In this document: one piece after another, positions 1 through 13,129 of the stretch | Layout: each line of letters starts with the position of its first letter | Position numbering within the stretch: position 1 is the first letter of the stretch | Translations under genes and position numbers: made by a program | Assembly: GCA_951406725.2 (NCBI GenBank) | Contig: OX597817.1 | Span: 45,260,001 to 45,324,000, forward strand | Direction of reading: 5' to 3' | Origin: Octopus vulgaris | Taxonomy: Eukaryota | Length of the DNA: 64,000 nt | The notes under the pieces: generated by a model | What the model was told of the DNA's origin: nothing | Databases searched by the model: none | Seen by the model: the letters and a program-made list of their open reading frames with translations, nothing else

Positions 1-949
1 TGATTAAACTCTACCAAATATTAGGCTTCATTTTATCACGAGAGACCTGCAAGTGTGGGGAAAAATTCAAAGGGCATGTAGAATGAATTAACTTACCTGA
101 GATCCGCATACACAGTTTGTAACTCTTATATAAGATTCAAGTCGTATTTATCCTTCTACGTATGCCTTTTGTGTTTCTGTATGTATGTATGTACGTACAC
201 ACATACGTTTGTATGTATGTATAGATTTAGTGAATATTATACTTTCACTTTCGTTTTCGTTTACATTAAAAATATTGCTTGACAACTGTTTCTTCAAAAC
301 TCAAAATCTATACCACAAGAGGAAATCATTACAAAGCCCAGTGAATGAAATATTGCCGTTTAGTATTTATTCAAATGCGGAATAGTTAAGTAATTCTGTT
401 TTTATACATTTCTATGCCAGAAACCAGGTTGCATAAATAAGAAGTTAGAAAACAAAAATTACAAGAAACAATCACATTTTACACTGAATCAAACTAGAGC
501 GCCATATGTATGTGTAACTTGATTTAATTCTTTGGCATTTCTTAGAATTTCGCATTATCCTATTATTACTTCGTCCATTTAATACGAAATTGCTTTATTT
601 CTTTCCAGTATCTATACATAAATTTCTTATATCCATAAATATTTATATATTCGCAGATTCGCTATTCGCTGTCCAGCATAATTGATATTATCATTCTGTT
701 TAACAGAAACCACATATCTCTTCACACGCTCAGCGTCATATATTCTCATCGATTCTCATCTACAAATTAAAATTAATGCAGTCATTTTTACACTTCATGT
801 TCCGTTGTTTTATACCGTTTTTATTAATAACATACCAACAGTTTAACAACTTTTGTGTTCAGGTGCTACAAAGCTAAAGAACATATGTATAGGTTTTAGC
901 CAGTACTAATATATATATATGGAAATATGTAAACAACTTGGTTCGATTT

Positions 950-1206
950 TCTTTCTTTTCTTTTATTCTTATATTTGTTTCAGTTATTTGACTGCGGCTA
1001 TGCTGGAGCACCGCATTTTGTCGAGCTAATCGGCCCCAGGACGTATTCTTTGTAAGCCTAATACTTATTGTATCGGTGTCACATGCCGAACCGCTAAGTG
1101 ACAGGGACGTAAACACACCAGCATCGGTTGTCAAGCGATGTTAGGGGGACAAACACAAACACACAAACGTATACACACACACACACACACACACATACAC
1201 ACACAT

Positions 1207-1237
<31 letters not shown>

Positions 1238-1403
1238 CGACGGGCTTTTTTTCAATTTCCGTTAACCAAATCCACTCACAAGGGTTTGGTCGGCCCCAGG
1301 CTTTAGTAGAAGACACTTGCGCAAGGTGCGATGGAGTGGGACTGAAACCGGAACTATGTGGTTGGTAAGCAAGCTACTTACGACACACGCACTCCTGCGC
1401 CTA
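950..1403 (-). mobile_element. tRNA-derived SINE, family A (internal (TA)n(TG)n microsatellite)
   Basis: Reverse complement starts GGCGCAGGAGTG..GTAAGTAGCTTGCTTACCAACCAC..GGTTTCAGTCCCAC (A/B-box-like head); the same body and tail recur at 3241, 15404, 23385, 52819, 54120 and 55269. Confidence 0.9.
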
Positions 1404-1711
1404 TAGAGTTTTCATACTTAAAAGAACAGTTTTTATACTGAAAAGAACTTGACTAGTAATTCTGTCAATGATTTGCTTATGCGTTAAGAGGGTCTATTTG
1501 AAATGTTACATTGTATATGTCTATAGGTTATACCATAACAGTAAAATTGTAAGCGTATTTGCATCACAGCACAGACAAACGTTAGCTACACCATTATTTT
1601 ATGATGTTAAAATGTTTTGCTACCCTCATGCTTGATAAGTTGTCGTAAGAGCAAGATGATCAGCATATATGTTTCGCTGGTCCTTTGATTGCTCTTGAAT
1701 GATGGCCGAAA

Positions 1712-1942
1712 CAGTGAGCTGGATGAAACGTTAGCACGCCGGGCGAAATGCGTAGCCGTATTTCGCCTGCCGTTACGTTCTGAGTTCAAATTCCGCCGAG
1801 GTCAACTTTGCCTTTCATCCTTTCGGGGTCGATTAAATAAATACCTGTCACGCACTGGGATCGATGTAATCGACTTCATACGTTTGTCTGTCCTTGTTTG
1901 TCCCCTCTATGTTTAGCCCCTTATGGGTAATAAAGAAATAAG
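1712..1942 (+). mobile_element. SINE family B, tail type 1
   Basis: GAGCTGG..AAACGTTAGCACGCCGGGCGAAATGCG..GAGTTCAAATTCCGCCGAGGTC..GCCTTTCATCCTTTCGGGGTCGAT..AATAAAGAAATA; about 10 copies in the window. Confidence 0.9.
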
Positions 1943-2354
1943 AAAACTTCGTATCAGGATGCACAGGAAACTGAATACAACATCAATGTTGATAATATCT
2001 GCCAATTAGTTCCTGAGATGACACACAAGACGAGGCTATCAATGATTTAAAGTTTATTTCCTCTCATTTCGTTATTACTGCCTCCTATTTATTTTCCTCC
2101 TTTCTAGTAGGAAAGATTCCCATACACACAAAATAATAACACAGAATGACTATAACAAAACATGGCAAGAAATTCATTGAATGTTAAAATCGCTTGCCTT
2201 CTCCAGGGCATGTGAAGTGAGTATTGGCGCAGAAACCTCGATCATAAAAAAAAAATTCAAGATCTCTTTCATAGTACAGGCCTCATTCTTCTCTTTAGAG
2301 ATAAACATATGGTATGGGAACACGATCAATGAGGACATTTATTGTTACATATAT

Positions 2355-2586
2355 ATTTCTTTACTACCCACAAGAGGCTAAACACAGAGGGAACAAACAA
2401 GGACAGACAAACGGATTAAGTCGATTACATCGACTCCAGTGGGTAACCGGTACTTAATTTATCGACCCCGAAAAGATGAAAAGCAAAGTCGACCTCGGCG
2501 GAATTTGAACTCAGAACGTAACGGCAGACGAAACACGGCTACGCATTTCGTCTGGCATGCTAACGTTTCTGCCAGCTCGCCGCCTT
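2355..2586 (-). mobile_element. SINE family B, full length, with TSD-like flanks
   Basis: Reverse complement of the 1712 copy; flanked by CATTTATTGTTACATATAT (2336) and CATTTATTGTTATATATAT (2593). Confidence 0.9.
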
Positions 2587-3036
2587 CAAAGTCATTTATT
2601 GTTATATATATTCTTACTAATACATATCAATCCCTAATAAAATTGCTGAGCACGAGAAAGTGATGTCCTCTCCATAAATTCTTAGGATCAGGAGATATTA
2701 GATGTTTTCAATACACAGACACACACATACACATTTACATATGAGTGTTTGTATTTGTGCGTGTGTGTGTGTGTGAGTTTTTGTGTGCGCGTGAACGTGT
2801 ATGAGAGTTGAAATAACAAACAATTTGCTCAGTCATAATTGGTCTTGAAATGCCGTTTGAAATAGAGGAATTATTCAAATGTTATACAGCAACTTCACAG
2901 AGAGCATTGAAGGCAATGAAGAATATGCATCGGTCGAACATCCCTAATTTATTTGACTGGACATTTGCAAATAAGAACAGGCAAGCAGTATTTATAAACA
3001 TAGATATATGTGAGTATTAGTGTGAATAATAAACAT

Positions 3037-3200
3037 TGTATGTATGTATGTATGTATGTATGATGTATGTATGTATGTATGTATGTATGATGTATGTATG
3101 TATGTATGTATGTATGTATGTATATATGTATGTATATATGTATGTATATATGCATGTACGTATGTATGTATATATATATACATATATATATATATATGCA
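3037..3200. repeat. (TATG)n/(TA)n microsatellite
   Basis: Direct reading. Confidence 0.95.
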
Positions 3201-3240
3201 CACATAATAATTGTGTATACGTAAATGTATATATAAAATA

Positions 3241-3386
3241 GTGGTAAGTAGTTTGCTCACCAACCACATAGTTCCGGATTCAGTGCCACTGCGTGGCTGC
3301 TTGTACAATTGTCTTTTACTATAGCCTCGGGCCGACCAAATCTTTCTGGGTAGATTTGGTAGACGGAAACTGAAAGAAGCCCGTCG

Positions 3387-3437
<51 letters not shown>

Positions 3438-3662
3438 CTGTATGTCTGTCTGGCTATGTGTGTGTATATGTTTGTGTGTCTATCTCCCCCCCCCCTCAAC
3501 ATCGCTTGACAACCGATGCTGGTGTGTTTGCGTACTCGTAATGTAGCGGCTCAGGAAAAGAACCCGATAGAATAAGTAGTAGGCTTACAACGAATAAGCT
3601 CTGGGGGCAATTTGCTCGACTAAAGGTAGTGCTCCAGTATAGCCGGCGTCAAATGACTGAAA
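3241..3662 (+). mobile_element. SINE family A
   Basis: GTGGTAAGTAGTTTGCTCACCAACCAC..GACGGAAACTGAAAGAAGCCCGTCG(TA)n(TG)n..CAACATCGCTTGACAACCGATGCTGG..AAATGACTGAAA. Confidence 0.9.
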
Positions 3663-4035
3663 TATATAATAAAGGGTAAAATTAACTAATCAATTAATAA
3701 TTAAAAATTTTACCAAATAGTTCGGTATGTTAAAAGAATCATTATCGGTAACCTTATAGAAAAATTCTATAATTATAAGCATTATTATAATTAGGGTTCA
3801 GCAAAAATTCCTTCACCACATACCGAAATTTAGAAATAGTAGTTAAACACCTTTCCACCGCCCTAAGACAGCAATACTCTCAAATTACCTGCGTGAGTTG
3901 AGAGTATTGCTGTCTGGGAGATATCTTATGGTAGTGGAAGAGTATTTTAATTGCTATTTCAAAATTTCGGTATGTGGTGAAGCAATGTTTACTGAACCCT
4001 AATTATAATTATGCTTATCATTAGAGAATTTTCGT
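3662..4035. mobile_element. Fold-back (palindromic) element, probable PLE 3'-end derivative
   Basis: Perfect 18-bp inner stem 3866-3883/3898-3915; diverged outer arms about 3757-3859/3930-4034; unique tail beginning ATAAAGGGTAAAA; ends in (TA)n. Confidence 0.7.
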
Positions 4036-4370
4036 ATATATATATATATATATATATATATTGTACTAAAAACCTATCCATTCTTGTTGCTTCATTCTCG
4101 CGTATATATATATATATATATACGCATAAAACAAACACACACACACATATATATATGCATTAAGATAGCCACCCATCTCTGTTTGTATGTCTATGTGTGT
4201 TCGAATCTTGCTTTGCCGCGCATCACTACTCTGAGGTCTTCATTGTGTACGACACTTTAAGAAATGAAAATATAATTCACTTCATCTTTCTATACGGCAA
4301 TTAACTTGAGATTTTCTTTCCGGTTTGTACATCCAACACCTGTCCAACTCATTGTCTATCTATCCATTCA

Positions 4371-4377
<7 letters not shown>

Positions 4378-4456
<79 letters not shown>
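4378..4456. repeat. (TCTA)n microsatellite (similar tracts at 5031-5118, 32565-32690, 35750-35810)
   Basis: Direct reading. Confidence 0.95.
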
Positions 4457-5031
4457 GTTTATTTATATATCTATGTGTATTTCATCTACTTGTGTGTATG
4501 CTCATGTACGTGAGCGAGCTTTGGAGCGTTTGAACATTTTGGAATCTATGTGTGTTTCTGTGGCGCGTGCGCGCCTCTCTAAGTGGTACTTTTTTGCACG
4601 ATTCTTAAAGTTCTATTTTTTAACGAATAATCATAAGAAATAATTGCTTCTAATTATTGCCAATCCTAGCTTGTTTCAATTTGAACATTGAAGTATTGTT
4701 ATCTTATTTACTTGCATGACTGATTCTTTAACTTTATATTTTTTATTTTGTTTCAGTTTTTATCAGTGGGAACAGAAGATTTAAAACTGTTGTGCTGCAA
4801 GAGTTCACAAGACACACCATTTTGATAATATTCGAATATCCAATATATTACTAAAAAAATAATTTCCATAGTTATTATAGCAATAAATAAATGAACAAAA
4901 TATGACTCACCAGTATTATGTATGTCAGGTACATATGCTTTGATAGTTTCGTTAGTATTTTCATTACGGTTGCAATTAATCGCACGAATGGTCAGGTGGT
5001 ATGTGCAGAGTTTATACAAAAATATGAATGC

Positions 5032-5123
<92 letters not shown>

Positions 5124-5186
5124 ACTTAACTATCTATCAATCTTGCTGTTTCTATAAAACTCATTGCATCTACGCATAAATTTATA

Positions 5187-5224
<38 letters not shown>

Positions 5225-5322
5225 AGGATTTATGTAGATATATATTCACACTCTCACACATACGTTCACACATATATGTACATGGACACGCACACACACA
5301 CAAATACACACAAACACACACA

Positions 5323-5366
<44 letters not shown>

Positions 5367-5378
5367 AATATATTTATA

Positions 5379-5990
5379 TATTGGGTCATCCTATAAAAAT
5401 GCGATTTTTTATACTTCTATTATTTTTCAAAATTAAAATAAACGAAGTCTTTTTAATCTAAAATATACATTTTCTACAAAGATCTTCCATCTATCCGTTA
5501 ATGCTCCTCTTACAAAATTCGCACTTCCGTGACGAAAAATCACTCATCCAATACAGTTCTGACCTCATCGAAAGAATTCATATTTTCTCAGCCCAAATGA
5601 TTTTGAAGACTGCTGAATAAACGTTAATCGGAGTGGGGGGGGGGAAATGTCCAGTGAATATGGCGGTTAATGCTTCGTTTCCCATTCAAACTGCTCCAGG
5701 CTTTGGAATATCATCCTGTTTGTATGTAACCGAGCATTATCCTGTGGGAAAAACACCTTTCCTCTTGAAACTAAAGATGGTCACTTTTCTTCTAGCGCTT
5801 ACTTAAGCCGCTAAAGCTGGTCGCAGTAGGCCTGCTTTGTTATTGTTTTGTTTTGGGTTTGATATTTCAAAGTGAACAATATTTTCATATTCCACCAAAC
5901 AGATAACAACACCTTAGATGGGTGAAAACTTTCTTTAGCCGGTAGCGTTGGTCTTTCTCTTTTCTCTACCTACTGGTTTCGGCGCTTGAC
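5379..5990 (-). mobile_element. Decayed mariner transposase fragment with one terminal inverted repeat
   Basis: Minus-strand translation gives HPSKVLLSVWWNMK, QDNARLH and FEWETKH*PPYSLDISP (mariner HDNARPH / HPPYSPDLAP motifs); TA-TTGGGTCATCC terminus at about 5380. Confidence 0.85.
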
Positions 5991-6239
5991 ATTTGTGTAC
6001 GGGACGCATTTCCCGTCACCAGTCACTAAACATTCGTGAGACGTTAGAACAAAGAAGAGCTCACATTCCCTCTCTTCGCGCGATTAGATCCCGAAGGTTC
6101 GTGCGGAAATCAGGGACCCAATTTTATAACTTGGCTATGAATTCCTCCCCCAACCAGCGTAAACCCCAGAGCTTTCTCCTAATGACTACCACTTTTTGAA
6201 GCACCTTTGTGGGTAATTTTCATAGTAAATTAATAATTA

Positions 6240-6296
<57 letters not shown>

Positions 6297-6298
<2 letters not shown>

Positions 6299-6527
6299 AT
6301 AAAAATGGTAAGACAAGAAAAGAAAGAAACCTCGATACTATGTAAATAGAGGAATTTATCTGTAAAAGTAACGTGTGACAATTATTCGGTATCCATGATA
6401 AAACTTCGAGTTTCGGAGGCCGGGCCGGATAACTGAAGAGATGGCGGCGTAGATTTCCACCTCGACATCCGAAACGCGGAGTTTTATCATGGCTACCGAT
6501 TAATTGTCACATATTACTTTTCCAGGT
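6297..6527. mobile_element. Fold-back element between (TA)n tracts; same family as 59737-59998
   Basis: Arms about 6364-6420 and 6463-6521 are reverse complements; shared tail GTAAGA..AAAGAAAG..ACCTC..ATGTAAATAGAGGAA. Confidence 0.8.
6428..6488 (+). ncRNA. Minimal type-I hammerhead ribozyme motif
   Basis: GATAA-CTGAAGA-GATG..CATC(C)-GAAA-CGCGGAG-TT-TTATC: stem I GATAA/TTATC, canonical core, GUU site; stems II and III imperfect. Confidence 0.6.
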
Positions 6528-8188
6528 ATATATATATATATATATATGAATATATACATGTATATATATATAAATATATATGTATATGTGTAAATATATA
6601 TATATATATATGAATATATATATACATGTATATATATATATAAATATATATGTATATGTGTAAATATATATATATATATATATATATAATTCAATGAATG
6701 TAAGAATTATATGAGAGCGTCTTCTCATTTTGAAAATTTCAGGTTCAGATCATGCAGTAATAGGACATTCATATATAATGTATGTGGCAGAATCTCTCAA
6801 TTGCTCAGGCTTGAATTACATTGTTATCATGAGAGAGAATGCGAATCAATCATGTGAAGTTGTCAGGGATAAAAACGTGATAATCAATTACATGAAGAGT
6901 ATTTTTTAATGCAGAGTATTGTAATACAAAAACAAAACAGTTTTCTTGTAAGTGTAGTCAAATCCGACACAACGTAAATTGTGATAAACTATGTGTCTAA
7001 TCCATTGAGGAGTGAGTCTTCCAATTTCTTGATAACAAATCTTTTAAATATTTTATAACAAATTCAGAAGGCTATTACAGGGTTTCAAAAAAAAATCTAA
7101 TATGGATCTTTTGTTTTAGCTATCACTTTTATCCATTAATGCATAATATAAATCTCTCTACAATAATCCAATTAATTGTGGGTGCCTATTACTCTCTTTC
7201 AGATTCCAGATACGGCTTCCTAGCCTTAGAAAGATTGGGAAATGAATTTTCGAAGTCACGTGCGCAGTATTTGTTATATGATTTTCTCTCGGTTGTTTCA
7301 TGTGGTGGAATAGAGGTGACCTTATCTTTGTATACGAATGCAACTAACCATGCGTGCTCGACTTAGTGTACAAGTTCATTTGTTCCTACTGTTACAGTTT
7401 GCTGGCGGATGCCTTGCGTAGTTTACCTGAAATTATACTTTCTTTTTTAAATTAGAACTGCAAATCTGGAATATTTTCATGGAGAACGTCCATTGCTTTA
7501 TATATATCGCTATATATATATATATAGCGGTGTACGTACACCCTTGTTCTCACCTTATAGTAGGTATGTATCTAAATTATGTACAACTGTTACTCTATCT
7601 TTTATTGGCCCTCTTTCACATTTATTGGCCCTCTCTTCCTTTAACTCCCACTATTTCCCACTCATTTATCTCCCCTGCAACTTTTCCCTTGTCTGATATT
7701 TTTCTAATCCCCCAATCCCGCTGTCCCCTACCCATTTCTCCTCCTTTCACGTGACCGGTGTCCGGCCAGCCATGATATTTATTTCTTGGCCTGAATGCTG
7801 ACCGTCAAAACGTGTTGTGTCTATCTCCCATGTTTCTGCCTTTAGGCTTTCACTTCATACACACCAGCTCAATCGTTCTAAGTCGAAAGACGCCTGTTGT
7901 TATTTCTTCTGGTATTCGTAATTGTGTACGATGCTCTCTGTTTTTTTTTGCGTTTTTGTCTCTGTTACCGCACACATTCGCTAGCTCTCTTACAAAGGGG
8001 TATAATGCTCTTAGCTTAGACATTTTTGGGGACAACCAGAACGAACCATCTGTGTAACTGTCCGAAATAGGAAAGAAAGACAAGAATGACCCGTCTTTTT
8101 TCACCTGTCCTTCTAATTGTTGTTTCTCTTCTCCGCCTTTGTGTCCTCTATCTGTCCGAAAGTTTCAATAGCCTCTATTCCGCTTTTG

Positions 8189-8226
<38 letters not shown>

Positions 8227-8227
8227 C

Positions 8228-8300
8228 TACAGTAGCAATAACCACCACAACAATAAAAACAACATTAACTACTACTACTACTACTACTAAAACAACATTA

Positions 8301-8349
<49 letters not shown>

Positions 8350-8364
8350 ATACTACTACTACTA
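8228..8364. repeat. (ACT)n microsatellite
   Basis: Direct reading. Confidence 0.9.
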
Positions 8365-8441
8365 AACTTATTTTCATCTTTCAAGCGGCCGCAACCTATA
8401 TGCTTTGTTTTACCCCACTGCACCAGATACCCCACTCTGTC

Positions 8442-8652
8442 ATTAGCTGCCGGGCGAAATGCTGAGCGGTATGTCATCTGCCGCTACGTTCTGCGTTCAA
8501 ATTCCGCCGAGGTCGACTTTGCCTTTTATCCTTTCGAGGTCGATTAAATAAGTACCAGTTACACATTGGGGTCGATATGATCGACTTAATCCGTTTGTCC
8601 GTCCTTGTTTGTGCTGTCTGTATTAGCCCGTTGTGTACAATAAAGAAATAAA
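8442..8652 (+). mobile_element. SINE family B, 5'-truncated
   Basis: GCCGGGCGAAATGC..TTCAAATTCCGCCGAGGTCGACTTTGCC..AATAAAGAAATA. Confidence 0.88.
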
Positions 8653-9581
8653 AACGCCAACGTATTTGAGATTATTGCATCATCTTTTGTGATGCAAAAG
8701 TTTCTGGAGTAGAACTTTATTAACATCTTTTATAACCTATTGTTCTGCTTGATAGTCACGGCCTGCAATGTCCACCATGAATACCATAGAGATGTTTGGA
8801 ATATTCCCATGAATATTCTCTTTGGTCTTTTGCTCATAGCATGATATGTATTGGTCGTCTTCCTGCTGAGATGTTTGGTGTTTCTACCAGTCTTGAAGAT
8901 CCTTCTTCATATATTCAGTGCCGGCTCTGTACAGACAAAACCATTGTACACATATCCCGAAGCTACACTTCGTGACGTTGCAAAAGCGAGTCTTCCAGGT
9001 GTTTTCAAATTTGCTACAGGTGTGCTACTTTTAATCATTTTCCGTCAGGATGTATTGATTACTGTCCGCAACGTATTAGCTAAGGTATTAAAGGTCAGTT
9101 GTTTCTGGGAGTTATATACTGATATTGAAAAAAATATCAGATGGCTTTCATCCTAATATAAGGTTATACGCTTAGTTATCTTTTGCGATTCATAAAACGA
9201 ACTGCCTTGACTGAACATTCTCAGCTTTTACAGAAATTTATAAACACTTGTACTGTGTTATTTGAGGTATACAGACTACGCATGAAATACTGATCACATC
9301 ATCTGTTCATTTCAGTTGCTTTCATTTTCGTTAGTTTTTCAACTGAAAATATCTATAAGCTCTGTTATGTTGAATTGCACATGCTCATCCATGGGCACGA
9401 AATATTCAATGGTGTGTGAGTTGTAGCAAATGCATGTGATACGAGATGTTTGAAAGGAAATGGATCTATATGTGAAGACGCGATGAAAAAAAAAGTGATA
9501 CTTACCTCAGTTACAGTGGGAGAGCGAAAGTGGAAAGTGGTCATGCGAATGACTGGAAAGTGAGAGAGAGAGAGAGAGAGT

Positions 9582-9629
<48 letters not shown>

Positions 9630-10379
9630 TGTGGAAATAACAAAGCCAACTGTTAAATTATAGCAGCATTCTAAAACGAACATAAAATCTATAGGAAAAC
9701 TAATGGTGTTAAGAGGAAGGCGAAGCCATTATAGAAAAATTACTTTAACTAGAACGCGTGTGACACTAATAACGTCAAAATCTTAAAAGTTATTCGTTTT
9801 AACGAGATTTGCCGTGACTGAATGACGGCAAGTGACATTGACGAAGATGTGTTAAAATTGCTGGGAACAATGCGTACAAAATTTTTTCTCATACCTCAAA
9901 GATGTCCATCCACAAACTGGTTCCTTAAGCAATTGTTATTTCAAAAGCGCCTTTATAGTTCTGTCGATATATATTTACTAGACATTTTAGCAAAGCAGTT
10001 TAGGTTCGCTGTTTTGTGAAAAGAAAAGTGCATTAAATGTGGACAGTTATGTGAATTGAAGATTGAAATTGGCGTGGTCAATTTTCTAATCAAAATACGT
10101 ATGTAGTCTCTATGATGGTAATTGTTTGGGGGAGAAGTAACTGCATTTGCTTGCTTGAATAGAGTTGTCATACGGAAGAATATGTCAGTCAAGTAGTTTA
10201 TAAAATACGCAGATTTGGAAATAGCCTAAAAATGGTTTTGAATATCGGTGATAATGTATAGGCATTTCAAATTATAAGTACACACACACACACACACGCA
10301 CATCCGCATGCACGCACACACACATGTTTATATATATATATATATCATATACGTGTGTGAGTGGAGTGTAGGTGTACTG

Positions 10380-10777
<398 letters not shown>

Positions 10778-11444
10778 GGAAGAGAGAGAGATGGGGGATA
10801 GATAGATTGAGAAATAGATAGATAAATAGACATACATATGCATGAATATATGTGTGTATATATGTATATATATATATATGTGTATATTTATATATATATA
10901 TATATATATTTGTGCGTATAGATATATGTATGTATATGTTTATGTATATATATGTACACACAAACAAATACGAATTGCGATGGGTAAATTGTCGCCCTTT
11001 TATATTTTTTATTTCGTGCATTGTTTGTTTTGGATTTTGCCGACTACGCAGTATAGTACGGTCAGATTGGCACCGTTTGTGAGACGAAACAGCAGCATGG
11101 CACTTGTAGTGTATTTCTTGTCATAATAGATTCCAATGGATCAGAAAGCTCACACATGCTCCGGCTTTATATATTGGAGATACAATATTGAACAAAATCT
11201 CCTACGCATAAACCTAGCTTCCAAATATCAACTGTTTTCAAGAATCACGTATCAGGTACTCATATGCACCTCTACTTGTTGTAGGTATTTAATATATGAA
11301 AGTCTTTGTGTTCTAGCAAACAAATATTACAGCAGGTAGAATATATTAAAACATCATACTTCATGACAAAATTTATGATATTGCTTTAAGTATTGATATA
11401 CAAATACATAAATGATTATAATATTGTACAGAGTAGAATAGCAT

Positions 11445-12010
11445 CGAGCTGGCAGAAACGTTAGTACGCCGGGCGAAATGCTTAGCGGTTTTTCATCTGC
11501 CGCTACGTTCTGAGTTCAAATTCTGCCTAGATCGACTTCGCCTTTCATCCTTTCGGGGTCGATTAAATAAGTACCAGTTTCGCACTGGGGTCAATATAAT
11601 CGTTTGTCGGTCCTTGTTTGTCCCCTCTGTGTGTAGCCCCTTGTGGGCAGTAAAGAAATAGGTATTTCGTCTGCCGCTACGTTCTGAGTTAAAATTCCGC
11701 CGAGGTCGGCTTTCATCCTTTCCGGGTCGATTAAATAAGTTCCAGTTACGCACTGGAGTCGATGTAATCGACTTATGTTTTTGTCTGTCCTTGTTTGTCC
11801 ACTCTATGTTTAGTCCCGTGTGGGCAATAAAGAAATAGGTATTTCGCCTGTTATTACGTTCTTAGTTGAAATTCCGCCGAGCTCGACTTTGGCTTTCATC
11901 CTTTCGGTCACGACAAATTATAGAACAGTTGCGTACTTGGGTCGGTCTAATCGACTGGCCTCCTCCCCAAACATTACGGGCCTCGTGCCTAGAGTAGAAA
12001 ATATTATTAA
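11445..12010 (+). mobile_element. SINE family B tandem trimer (one head, three bodies)
   Basis: Head at 11445; body restarts at GTATTTCG at about 11662 and 11839; first two units end in tail type 1, last in tail type 2 (CCTCCCCAAA..GCCTAGAGTAGAAA). Confidence 0.85.
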
Positions 12011-12719
12011 TTAGTTCAGAAGAAATAGAACTCTAATCTAGTGTCATTTTAGAACATCCCCGGTCTGGTAGAAAATGAATATTGTTTGTATATTCCGGAA
12101 GGGAGACTATGTACGTCCATTACTCAGCATTAATTCACTGATACTTTGCAGAGTTTCCTTAGTAATGGACTTCTTTATTGGCAGCTGATGTTAGCCTTAT
12201 TTAATTATTAATTTCGGAACTAATAATCGAAATATGAGTAACGGTATACAAATTGAAAATGTTAAATGTTTGATAATATTGAGGGTCCCAGTCTGTAATT
12301 ATGATAGGAGAGTAGTCTTTAATGATATAAATATCACCCTCTATAACAGTTCATCTTCTTTGCTCCTTAATTATATATCGCCCTCATCGTAAGTTGGTCA
12401 GTTAGAAATTATAAATAATACAATAAAACCCTTTGAACATTTCCTTAATCAGTTGTCAGTTTCGTTTGAGCAATCTATACTAAAGGCTAATTTCATTAAG
12501 CCTAGGGAATACTGAATTATCGCCCTCATAAATTGTGAGATAATGAAATGTTTGTTTATACTACAATAGGAAATTCCACGACGATATTGGAAACTGTGGG
12601 AGAATTTTAGGGACAAAGTGCAGCTTGGAGTAAGGAGAATTGCATTTTTTTCCACAACCTAAGTCTGAAACTATAATTATTTTACATCTAAGTAATTGCT
12701 GTGTAACAAATATGCTAAA

Positions 12720-13129
12720 TAGAAGGTGTTCAAAAAGTCTCTCGGCAGTAAGTATTTTATTGCAAAAGAAATATTTATAAGATGGTATAAGATGGTATAT
12801 ATAAGTATATATAGACTTCACTAGAATTTAAAAACTTTATAAGAGGTGTTGAAAGTGTCGTCCTTCAGTTTCAATACATAAGTTGACTCTTCTACACACG
12901 TTTTGAAATACATCGTGGAGACACTGACGCGGTATGGACCGTGTGAAGGTTATGATTTCGTCTTCTGGCTCATTTATGTGCAGGGCGATTCCTGTACACT
13001 GATCCTTTACTTGCTCCCCGGAAAAAATTCTGGTGGTTTGAAATCTGGTGATCTTGGTAGCTAAAGTCCCTTCGAAATAATCCGTTCACCGAAAAATTAA
13101 CTGCGGAGCGACTTTTTGAACACCCTGTA
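12720..13129 (-). mobile_element. Internally deleted Tc1/mariner element with both TIRs
   Basis: TIRs GGTGTTCAAAAAGTCTCTCGGCAGT / ACTGCGGAGCGACTTTTTGAACACC with flanking TA; minus translation LPRSPDFKPPEFFPG resembles the WPPRSPDLNPLDFFLWG motif. Confidence 0.85.

Noticed and set aside
2949-3308. Many YI/CV/HT/LSIY-repeat ORFs here and throughout the window
   Set aside because: Translations of (TA)n, (TG)n, (TATG)n and (TCTA)n microsatellites
11445-12010. CRISPR-like or satellite array
   Set aside because: Units are about 180-bp SINE bodies without unique spacers; eukaryotic context, no cas genes
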